From assembly GCA_046581755.1 (NCBI GenBank), contig JAYGFR010000295.1:1-17702 (forward strand): a stretch of DNA of 17,702 nucleotides, in the 5' to 3' direction. Below, piece by piece: positions 1 through 8,066 of this stretch; the stretch's first letter is position 1; the number at the start of each line of letters is the position of its first letter. Below the pieces are notes generated by a model that saw only the letters and a list, made by a program, of their open reading frames with translations, searched no databases and had not been told where the DNA came from. Both the position numbers and the translations under genes were made by a program. The stretch is from Nitrospinota bacterium (GTDB taxonomy: Bacteria; UBA8248).

Positions 1-905
1 ACTCGCCAGCTGTCCCGCCTGGGCCGGATCGAAGGCTACGTTCAAAAGGCTCGTGCCGTAATGAAAATCGCCGAAATCCTCGAGCGTAATAAAACTCGTC
101 CCCGCGTAATTCCGGTCGTCCCCCAAAATTCGATCCAGTTCGAGGGGATGCCCGATTGATTCGTGGATTTGAAAAATCATTTGATCCGGCGCGATGAGCA
201 AATCCATTTTTTCTTCCGGACAATTCGGCGCATCCAGAAGCTCCCGGGCCTCTTGCGGGATGATGGGGGCCATCCGCCTCATATCCTCGGGCGACAGCGC
301 CCCCCACCCCCCCTGCCTCGCGTGGCTCCTCGCGCCATAGGTCCTTTTTTGCGCCTCCGGGCCGGCACTCGCCACAGCGCCCATATCGGGAATGATCGTG
401 CGGAACAACTGCCGCACGCGCGCACCATTGGATGCGCAAAAAACGATGTCCTCTTCCGAGAAGGAAAAGGACGCGTACCACTCCGAGATTTTACCGCCGC
501 CTCCCAGGGGACCGTTCAACTCCTTCAAAAAATCGATTTTCTCTTTCAGAGGAACGCCGTCCCATGGAGAATCGCCGGGGCTGACATACTCTCCCTGATG
601 GCAAGGGAGATCAAGGCCGCCACCCTGGGAACCATCCGGCCAGAATTTTTTCGAGCCCCCGCGAGGGCTTCATCCGCCGAGCGCCTTAAACCTCTCTCCG
701 AAAGGTCGCTCGAGGCCGCGTACCCCATTCCGCCCCAATCGCAAACCGTGACCATGGCGCCGATATCCATCGAAACGGCGGCGGGCTGAAGGATCCCGTT
801 GCGAACGGTAAGATTTTCTCCGCGTTGGCGCACAATCCGGACGGACCAAAAATCCGCCTCCGGCGCTATTTTCCGGAATCCCTCGGCAATGGACATCAAC
901 GTCAT
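1..905 (-). pseudogene. tldD: TldD/PmbA-family metalloprotease (TldD type); one frameshift; 3' end lies beyond the window
   Basis: ORF 905-546 gives a TldD-like N-terminus (DFWSVRIV...DIGAMVTV...GMGYAASSDLS). A -1 shift somewhere in ~680-550 (e.g. GGG at 627-629) opens a frame running to base 1 that reads ...DQMIFQIHESIGHPLELDRILGDDRNYAGTSF..., with the HExxGH metal motif at 165-148. GGGAG lies 7 nt before the ATG. The frameshift may be a sequencing error. Confidence 0.88.
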
Positions 906-1002
906 ATTTTACTCCCGCAGGCCGGAGAACCATCGTTCCTGAATTTTATCGTTTCTTGGGTGTTCCGGGTGAATTTATTTTCCTCTCAAGCCGCCCGCCG
1001 GA

Positions 1003-1018
1003 GTCATGGTATGATGAC
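1003..1018 (+). promoter_or_regulatory. Possible extended -10 promoter (TGgTATGAT, 1007-1015) inside a GTCAT-N6-ATGAC inverted repeat
   Basis: Motif read directly, about 80 nt upstream of the phosphatase GTG in a divergent intergenic region. No good -35. Confidence 0.3.
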
Positions 1019-1097
1019 ATTCAGGTGTATCGAACGCATGGCAGCAAGCCGATCCATTTCGAAATGAACCATCCGGTCAAAGGAATGGGCTGAACCC

Positions 1098-2384
1098 GTG
1101 AATGACCTCGTCGCCGCCCTCGAGGATCGCATCGCCACCCTAGAGCGCGAAATCGGCAACCTTCGCCTTGTCCAGGAGTGCACCGCCACCCTCATTTCTT
1201 CGCTCGATTTCGACGAAACGCTCAATATCATCTTGAGGACCGCGAGAAACACGGTGGGAACCGAAAGGGGCTCCATTCTTCTCCTCGACATCGAACAGAC
1301 CCACCTGACCATCGCCTATGCCGTCGGACTCAGTGAAGAGACGATCAATTATACGCGCATTCCGATAGGCGAAGGATTCACCGGCCAGGTTGCCCAGTCC
1401 GGAAATCCCATTCTCGTGGAGGATATCGACGAAGACCCACGGTTCGAGGAGCGCCGATCGAGGTCCGACCGCTCCCGCTCGTTTGCCTGCCTTCCCCTAA
1501 TCTACCATGGCCGAACCCTGGGCGTCATGAACCTCAGCCATCCGATGGGCGATCGCCCTTTCAACGAAAATTCCCTGCCTTTACTCGGCGCCCTCGCCAA
1601 TCAGGCGGCGGTCGCAATTGCCCACTCGGAGTTGCACCGATCGTTGCTCGAAAAAGAGCGGCTGGAGCAACAGGTCGAAACCGCCCGCTCCATTCAGGAG
1701 AGCTTCATTTCTCCCCGCATTCGGGTCCAACACGAAGATTATATTTTTATGGGGTGCAATGTGGCGGCCAAAGCCGTGGGCGGCGATTTTTACGACGTCA
1801 TGGAACTCGATAACGGGAAGGCCGCATTGGTCCTGGGGGACGTTTCCGGAAAAGGGATCCCAGCCGCGCTCTACATGGCAAGGCTCTTCAGCGATGTTCA
1901 CCACCGAATCGCGATGAATTCGAATCCCGAAGCAGTGCTCCGTTCCCTGAATCATTCGCTTCACAAGCGCCAGCACCGGGGAATGTTCGTTACGATGGCC
2001 TGCGGGCTTATCATTCCAGAAAAAAATATCGCCCGCGTTTGCATCGCGGGCCATCCCCCGCCGATCGCCAGGAAAAAGGACGAATCGGTCTCTTTGCTTC
2101 CGCCAGCCCAATTTCCGCCCATTGGCCTGCTCGAAGAAGTCCCCTTCACTTCATACGAAGTCGGCCTTTGCCCCGGAGACTTGATCCTCCTGTACACGGA
2201 CGGCGTGAATGAAGCGACCAACTCCTCGGGCGAGGAATTCGGAACGAAACGGATCGAGCATCTGCTCCGCGATTGCGGGAAGGAAGAAGCTCCCGTCGAA
2301 CGATTATACGAGGGCCTGCTCGAATTCACCCATGGCCATCCCATTCGAGACGACATCACCCTACGGACGGCGGCAAGAATTTAA
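1098..2384 (+). CDS. GAF-domain PP2C/SpoIIE-family Ser phosphatase (RsbU-like), 428 aa
   Basis: N-terminal coiled coil, GAF domain (GEGFTGQVAQSG...SFACLPL...LGVMNL) and PP2C motifs GGDFYD, GDVSGKG, LYTDGVNEA, RDDIT. Confidence 0.92.
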   Translation: MNDLVAALEDRIATLEREIGNLRLVQECTATLISSLDFDETLNIILRTARNTVGTERGSILLLDIEQTHLTIAYAVGLSEETINYTRIPIGEGFTGQVAQSGNPILVEDIDEDPRFEERRSRSDRSRSFACLPLIYHGRTLGVMNLSHPMGDRPFNENSLPLLGALANQAAVAIAHSELHRSLLEKERLEQQVETARSIQESFISPRIRVQHEDYIFMGCNVAAKAVGGDFYDVMELDNGKAALVLGDVSGKGIPAALYMARLFSDVHHRIAMNSNPEAVLRSLNHSLHKRQHRGMFVTMACGLIIPEKNIARVCIAGHPPPIARKKDESVSLLPPAQFPPIGLLEEVPFTSYEVGLCPGDLILLYTDGVNEATNSSGEEFGTKRIEHLLRDCGKEEAPVERLYEGLLEFTHGHPIRDDITLRTAARI

Positions 2385-2392
2385 AATTCCGT

Positions 2393-2725
2393 TTATTCCG
2401 CCTTCGGATATTGGGCCTTAATGGATTCGCGCTTTACCTGAATCGCGTCCGCCGCCTCCGGCCGCCCTTCAACGGCCCTCTCCCAGAGAGCGACGATGAG
2501 AATTTCCGTTGTAATGCCCTCCGTAAGATAGGCATCCTTCCGGCTTCGCTCGTATTCCGTAGCCTCTCGCTCCGCCTCGATGGCCGCCCAATCCCCCTCG
2601 ATCTCCTCCAGCGGCGGAAGCGCCTGGGCCTCGTCCTCCCACGTCGCTTCCAACTCCTCGTAGCTGCCGGCGCGCCTCCATGCCGCTCCCAGCCTAATCC
2701 GGTCCAAAACCAGCGCGATATCCAT
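2393..2725 (-). CDS. Small phage tail-fibre-associated protein (putative assembly chaperone, XkdW-like N-terminus)
   Basis: AAGGAG 7 nt before ATG 2725 (alternative start 2731). The pattern W.D...P..EEI...W...Y.R.R..AY...LW...IK..YPK resembles small proteins that follow phage fibre genes, and it lies directly downstream of the fibre gene. Confidence 0.6.
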   Translation of the reverse strand: MDIALVLDRIRLGAAWRRAGSYEELEATWEDEAQALPPLEEIEGDWAAIEAEREATEYERSRKDAYLTEGITTEILIVALWERAVEGRPEAADAIQVKRESIKAQYPKAE

Positions 2726-2746
2726 TCCCATTCTCCTTTAGGGCCT

Positions 2747-3316
2747 CTAAGCCACCTTCCAGAACTCGGCCACCGTATAAACCTCGACTTCCGAGACATT
2801 CGTTGCATTTCCGAATCCGGTAGTCGCTGCGGTCATGGCGCATCTATGCTGCACCTCCAGGGCTTGCGCAGCCGCTATCGTGAAGCGCCCGGATACGATC
2901 GATCTTGTAGTCACTCCGTCGGCGTTGTCCGTGGTTTCCGACGTTCCGACCAGGACATTCGTCGCGCCGGTCGTGTTGTAGAGTTTGAGTTTGTGCTGCG
3001 ACACCGCATGAGCCGGGGCCGTGATCTTGCAAATGTAGGTCCCTGCGGCGAGCGTGATCTGGTTCGAGGAAAGCGAGGCGTGCCCGCCCCCGTCCGAATC
3101 CTCCTTATTCAGATCGCGCGTCCGCCAGGCGCCTTTGGTGAAGGTTCCCCCGGCGGTGTTGGCCGCCTTCTCGTCGATGATGCGGATGTAGTGATCCGAA
3201 AATGTGCCGTCGTTCTCAAGTGCGAACGCGGTCGCGAGGCGGTTCAAGGTGTTGGCTTTTTGCGGGTGGCCCGCGCCCACCATTTCTTCTGTGGACTGAA
3301 TTCTCTGATCGGCCAT
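2747..3316 (-). CDS. Short phage tail fibre / receptor-binding-like protein, 189 aa
   Basis: Strong SD (AGGGAGGT) before ATG 3316. N-terminal anchor MADQRIQSTEEMVG..HP.K..TLNRL, then a beta-rich domain with GGTFTKGAWRTRDLN...SNQITLAAGTY typical of phage fibre C-termini. The track ORF's extension to 3514 is a shadow over the upstream gene. Confidence 0.65.
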   Translation of the reverse strand: MADQRIQSTEEMVGAGHPQKANTLNRLATAFALENDGTFSDHYIRIIDEKAANTAGGTFTKGAWRTRDLNKEDSDGGGHASLSSNQITLAAGTYICKITAPAHAVSQHKLKLYNTTGATNVLVGTSETTDNADGVTTRSIVSGRFTIAAAQALEVQHRCAMTAATTGFGNATNVSEVEVYTVAEFWKVA

Positions 3317-3327
3317 GAATACCTCCC

Positions 3328-5259
3328 TTATGCGTAGACTTCTATATCTCTCCGGCCTCCGGCCAAGAGCCGCCCGCCGGCGAACGCTGCATCCTTCGGC
3401 CCCTGGGCGGCGTTGGACACCCCCGCCCATGCCGCGTTTCCGCTCAGGACCCCATGGTTCAGGTTCAAGGATGCGTCGCGCGCCAGGGTCCCGCCTCCCT
3501 CGTTGAGCGGCCAATATCCAGCCATGCCCGTTTCATCCGTGAAAACTCCATTGAAATGCTCCAGGACTTCGGGAGGGGAGAGGATGCGGCTGTAAAGCCG
3601 GACGCCGTCGATAAACCCGTCGAAAGTTAAGGCATCCCCCGATTGATTGCCTATAATTAAATCGCCACCGGAGTCAGAATCCCTTGTCCCCGTGGGGACG
3701 CTCTCTGTTGTAGTGGCCATTACGGAGCCATCTAAATAAATAACGGCCTCGTTGCCGGTAGCGTCTGCGTTATAAGTAACAACAATATGATGCCATGCGT
3801 TTAAAGAAACGCTGGCCGAGTCGGTGTTTGTGGCGTAATCGTTCCCGTCCCAGGTATGGACGAATTGGAGTTTCACGAACCCGCCCGGTTCGGAGTGGGT
3901 GGCGAGCTGAGAAACCCCGTTTCCCGACCCCTTTCCGATGATCCGCCCGAAACTCACCTCTCCGTCGCTTCTGACGTAGGCCCAGACCTCGAACGATCCC
4001 CCCCGTCGAAAATATTCTGGATCGCCGATTCATCGGGGATAGTTACGCTCCCGCTCGCCCCGTCGAATTCCGCCGCATCGGTTGCCGCGCGCCCCAGCCC
4101 CGCGCAGCTTCCATTCGCCAGGCAAGCCTTCGTCAGGAAATACCCGGTATCCCGAAGCTGAAGCTCCAGCGTTTGCTCTCTCAGATCGGGCGCGGCCGAA
4201 ATCACCTGGCCGATCTGATTCCGGAGAGGTCCAGATTCGCCGAGCGAAGCCAGGGAACCGTGAAGACCACGTAATCGTCCGGCTCCACCTCGAGCGCCCG
4301 GAACGTCGCGCCCCGTATTTGAACCGTCCGCACCGGCTCCTCGAAGCGCTCCACGATCAGCGCTTGAATCGTCCGGGCCACCGCCTCGCTTCTCACCCAT
4401 TTTAATTCGAACCGGCCGTTCTTCGGGGGCGTCCTCACGCCGTAGAGCGTCTGGGAGGCCCCGCTGCCCTCAAGGACCCCTTCCTCGTGAAGCAAAAATT
4501 TTCCAGCGACGTTATCCCGCGCATACAAAACGGGCACCTGATTGATCACCCCATCCCGGCTCACCTCCGACTCCACCTGCTCCGCCTCGAACTCGGGGAG
4601 CACCTTCGCCGGATGAATCTCGCCCCCCTCGGAATTCGCGATGGAAAATTTCAGCCGCCCGAAAGCCTCCACCTCGAAGCGGCCGAGAAAATTCCCGAGC
4701 AAATCGGTCAGCAGGTTCGCCGGCACGTGGTCGTCCAAAATGACCCCCGCCGCGGCATGCCCTGGGTATCCGCTGATGCGGCGGCCCGGCTGAGCGCCTG
4801 GCGGTCGATGTCCTGGCCGGCAAAGCCCCAAAAGTTCAGGGCGAGGTCCTCGATTATTTTAGCCGGATTTTCGATCAGGGCGCCGGTCTCGTCCTTCTTC
4901 CCGCGGCATACGGCCGACACGCGGCCCGCCGGCGCCACCGAAAACGCCGCCGTTGCGATCACCCCCTTGCCCTGAAAATCGTTCGCCGTATCGAGGGTGT
5001 AGTCCCCCCCAGCGATCAGGCCGTCGTTGTCGAAGAGCGATACGCCGCCGTGGATGGCGTGCCCGGCGATGCAATAGGTTCCCGCGCCCGCCGTATCGAT
5101 TTTCGGGAGCGCGTACACGCCCGCCTCCGTCCGCGCCGGAACGCTCATGTCCCCGTACACGATGGGCAGCGCGTCCCCCCCGCTCTCGGGCGCCGAATAC
5201 CGCGAGGCCCGGGCGATCAGATAGCTGTCGGCCATCCGATCCTTCGTCAAATCAGCCAT
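3328..5259 (-). pseudogene. Large phage tail-tip / host-specificity-like protein with C-terminal LamG (ConA-like) domain; about 644 aa after repairing three frameshifts
   Basis: Track ORFs 5271-4708, 4831-4202, 4400-3954 and 3957-3328 join into one frame by adding one base at ~4761 (ADTQG|HAAAGVI), ~4229 (NLD|PLRNQIG) and 3998-4004 (FDGG|GSFEVW). It contains LPIVYGD and LIENPAKII (tail-tip-like) and LamG motifs AWHHIVVTY, IYLDG, FDGFIDGVRLYSRIL, GYWPLNEG. Confidence 0.65.
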
Positions 5260-5275
5260 TCGCTCCCCCAAGGCC

Positions 5276-5706
5276 CTACACCCCCTCGTATTCGAGCACC
5301 GCCACGTCGCGCCGCTTCACCACCCGGCGCACCGAAAACGAGGCCAGCGAAATCACGTCCCCGATGTCCCCGCCCGTGAAACCCACCGGACATCCAGCTT
5401 CCCGCCCACGACCGGCTCCTGGGCCAGGATCCGCGACATCCGCGGATGCCCCTCCGCGTCCTGCCCGTTCGAGAGCGTCAGCGTCAGCCCCGAGAGCTCC
5501 TTTTTCAAATAAACGTCCAGCGGCGAGCGCCCCGCCGACTTGCCGGCCGAAAACTGCCCGCCGTCCACCACCCAGGCGTGCATCCCCAGCAGCACCTCCG
5601 AGCCCTCGCCCGCCTGCAGGCGCAACTGGATCGGACTGCCCGCCGCCCCCGGAGAAGGGGGCCCGGCGCTACGCCCCGCCCGCCACCTCGTCAACAGTTT
5701 CCTCAT
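5276..5706 (-). pseudogene. Putative phage tail protein, about 143 aa, one frameshift
   Basis: AAGGAG 6 nt before ATG 5706. Adding one G at ~5386 gives ...LTLTLSN...GGKLDVRVGFTGGDIGDVISLASFSVRRV...LEYEGV* ending at TAG 5278-5276, just before the SD/ATG of the tail-tip gene. Function inferred from context. Confidence 0.5.
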
Positions 5707-5953
5707 GTCGATCTCCTTTTGGCTCGAATCAACTTGGCCGCTCCCGCACGCGCCTCATGGCGGCTGCGCGATGGGAGGGAATGTAAGGCAGGCGGGGCAA
5801 ATCCCGGCGACAGGAAATGCGAGGTGGTTCGCGGCGGGCGAAAAAAAAGAAAAAACCCCTATGTCAATGAAAAGTACTCACTTGCAGAGAGAGCGCTCAT
5901 GCGAGAGGATGCTTTTGTGGGAATTGGGCCGTCGAAACGGGAGACTTGAGGCC

Positions 5954-7198
5954 ATGGAATCCGTCATCGGAGTGTTGTGGAAGGTTCCCTGGAACCACCT
6001 GATCGATATCTGCGTCATGTGGTTTCTGGGCTACCAGGTCTACATGCGCTTCCGGGGAACCCAGGCGATGCGCCTTCTGGTCCGCGTGCTCATAGTCTGG
6101 CTGGCCTACCTGACGGCCCAGACTGCCGGGCTGATGCTGACCTCGTTTCTCCTGTGGGCGCTCTGGATCGCCGTGCTGATCTTTTTCCTCATCACCTTCC
6201 AGGGCGAGATTCAGCGAATCCTGATGCGGATCAACCCGATGCGCCCGGTGGGGGTTCTCCTCCGCCTGGCCCGGCACGTGCACCTTCCGGACGAGACGCT
6301 CACGGCGGTCTCCGCCGCCGCCTTCGCGCTCGCCTCGAAGAGGATCGGGGCGATCATCATCTGGGAGCGGCTCGACCCGATCGAGCCGCTTTTGAGAAGC
6401 CCGGGAGAGATCATCGACGCCGAGGCGCGGCCGGCCCTTCTGGAGACGCTGTTCATCACCGGCACCCCCTACCATGACGGTGCGCTCTATATTCAGGAGG
6501 ATAAAATCTACCGGGCGGGATGCGTGCTTCCCCTGTCCGAGAACACCGAGCTCGGCGCGCATTACGGGACGCGTCACCGCGCCGCGGTCGGGCTCACCGA
6601 GCGCTCGGACGCCCTGGCGCTGGTCGTCTCCGAGGAGCGGGGCGAGGTTTCCGCCGTCGAGCACGGCGAGATCACCCCTCTCGAATCGGTCGAGGCGCTG
6701 ACCGCATGGCTCACCTCGCGCCTCCGGGGGCGGGAGGATGAATCCCAGTCGGCCGCCCACCGGCTCCGTGAAATCGTCGAGCACAATTGGCGCATCAAGC
6801 TGGCCGCCCTGGCCGCCGTCGCCGTCCTCTGGGCGGTGGCGATCAAGCAAAAGGAAAGCCCGCAAAACATATTCGCCACGCTGGGCCCGGGGATCGAACG
6901 CGCCTACACCGTTCCGGTCGAATACTACAACCTGCCGCCCGGCCTATCGCTCGGCCCGGACCGCATGACCCGGGTGAGAATCCGCCTGAAGGCCGAGGCC
7001 GATCTTTTGAACTTCATCGACTCTGGAAGGTTCCGGATCAAGATCAACCTCAGCGACGCGCGGGATGGACCGCTCGATCACGTCATCTCCACCCGGGACA
7101 TCGATCTTCCCGCGCGAATTCGCCTGGTCGGGGCCGAGCCTTCCGAGATCCGCCTCCGCCTCGGCAAAAAAACCAACACATCGGCCAGCCGGCCCTGA
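5954..7198 (+). CDS. cdaA: Diadenylate cyclase CdaA (3 TM + DisA_N/DAC) fused to a TM helix and YbbR/CdaR-like domain, 414 aa
   Basis: Three N-terminal hydrophobic helices, FQGEIQRIL linker, catalytic HDGA and GTRHRAA motifs, VVSEERGEVS; then NWRIKLAALAAVAVLW and YbbR-like VPVEYYNLP...INLSD...LP..IRLV..EP. ATG 5954 chosen because homology starts there; the track ORF from 5540 is overextended. Confidence 0.92.
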   Translation: MESVIGVLWKVPWNHLIDICVMWFLGYQVYMRFRGTQAMRLLVRVLIVWLAYLTAQTAGLMLTSFLLWALWIAVLIFFLITFQGEIQRILMRINPMRPVGVLLRLARHVHLPDETLTAVSAAAFALASKRIGAIIIWERLDPIEPLLRSPGEIIDAEARPALLETLFITGTPYHDGALYIQEDKIYRAGCVLPLSENTELGAHYGTRHRAAVGLTERSDALALVVSEERGEVSAVEHGEITPLESVEALTAWLTSRLRGREDESQSAAHRLREIVEHNWRIKLAALAAVAVLWAVAIKQKESPQNIFATLGPGIERAYTVPVEYYNLPPGLSLGPDRMTRVRIRLKAEADLLNFIDSGRFRIKINLSDARDGPLDHVISTRDIDLPARIRLVGAEPSEIRLRLGKKTNTSASRP

Positions 7199-7214
7199 GC
7201 GCCGGCGCGGTTTT

Positions 7215-7263
7215 CTTTTCGGACTCTCGGCTTTTTGGACTCTCAATCTTTTCGGACTCTCGG
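7215..7263. repeat. Three tandem 16/17-bp repeats, core CTTTTYGGACTCTC
   Basis: CTTTTCGGACTCTCGG (7215-7230), CTTTTTGGACTCTCAAT (7231-7247), CTTTTCGGACTCTCGG (7248-7263). Confidence 0.9.
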
Positions 7264-7449
7264 AGGCTCGTTCCGCGCGGACCTTCGATTTTGCCGGTAA
7301 CCGGCCGCCAGGCTCCCCCGTTCAAAATAACCGAAAAGAGAAAAGAACAAATCGCACGGGGTGCGATGCGCCGCTCAATTTTTTGTGTCCGAAACGGGTG
7401 AAATATCAAATGCTTCGAGAACCTTTTCCGGGCCGCGCCCAAAAACCCG

Positions 7450-7478
7450 TTGCCGGATTCGCCCCCGGAACCCATATT
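7450..7478 (+). promoter_or_regulatory. Candidate sigma70 promoter TTGCCG-N17-CATATT
   Basis: -35 at 7450-7455 and -10 at 7473-7478, each 4/6 consensus, exact 17-nt spacer. Predicted TSS about 7485. Confidence 0.4.
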
Positions 7479-7484
7479 GGATTC

Positions 7485-7948
7485 AAGGCAGAGAGGATGT
7501 GAAAGAGTAGCGGCCCGGCCCAACCGGCCCCACTGGAAAATAGGGGAACCCGGGAGAATCTGGAGCGCCCCGGAGACGCTCCGGAACCTTTACTCCATTC
7601 GGGAAGGAGCCGATGAGAGTGATTAACTGAGCAAGCTCTCCGGCAGGCGGGCGCCACCCTCCCCGAGAGCAATGACGCGGAAGTGGCGCGAAATTCTCCG
7701 GATGGCGAGAGTCGTCCCCTCTTCCTGTCGGGAGGAGCCGATGATCGGAAACAAGATATCGAAGTTCCCCGGAGCGATAAGCGCCGATCTTTCGGGGAGC
7801 AGACACCGGCCATTCGGCGCATTTGCTGATTAAAAAAACGGGCGGCCATCCGCCCGGCACGGCCCACCCCGAAAATTTCCCACGCGGGAACGGGCGGCCG
7901 AAAGAAAAAGAGAGCATAAAGGCGGGGTGTGATGCCCCGTCTTTTTTT
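7485..7948 (+). ncRNA. Candidate structured RNA / leader of unknown family
   Basis: Bounded by the candidate promoter and a terminator, with several stems and a duplicated motif GGAGCCGATGA. No convincing long ORF and no full match to a family I recognise. Confidence 0.3.
7918..7948 (+). terminator. Intrinsic terminator
   Basis: AAAGGCGGGGTG-TGA-TGCCCCGTCTTT stem (with G.U pairs) running into T7. Confidence 0.7.
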
Positions 7949-8066
7949 GCGCCCGTTTCTGGGTCCGGCTTTTTTTATGCGCGGCGGGCGGCTATCATCC
8001 GCGGACAGCCGTTCGCCATGCAATCAGATTTCAGGCCATACGATCAGTGTTCAGGAGAACCCGCCG

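Noticed and set aside
163..789. 208-aa plus-strand ORF and other long overlapping ORFs (2273-3337, 5897-6865, 10058-11104, 12104-13459, 14499-15485, 16281-17213)
   Set aside because: Antisense or alternate-frame shadows of recognisable genes in GC-rich DNA, with no motifs of their own.
5838..5867. Minus-strand promoter for the tail genes from a perfect TTGACA (5867-5862)
   Set aside because: No usable -10 at 16-18 nt spacing, only a T-run.
7215..7263. CRISPR array
   Set aside because: Repeats are 16-17 bp, directly adjacent, with no spacers and no cas genes.
7536..7582. Cobalamin or c-di-AMP (ydaO) riboswitch suggested by AGGGGAACCCGGGAGAATC
   Set aside because: Only a short partial resemblance; the downstream conserved elements (GCAACUGU and B12 box, or CCGUCAGCUAAC) are absent.
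7610..7752. Hammerhead ribozyme suggested by CCGATGA; also T-box or lysine riboswitch suggested by AGAGG...AAGAGTA at ~7492-7509
   Set aside because: Core is not CUGANGA and no stem II-GAAA follows; no plus-strand GGUGGNACC T-box and no lysine-riboswitch downstream elements.
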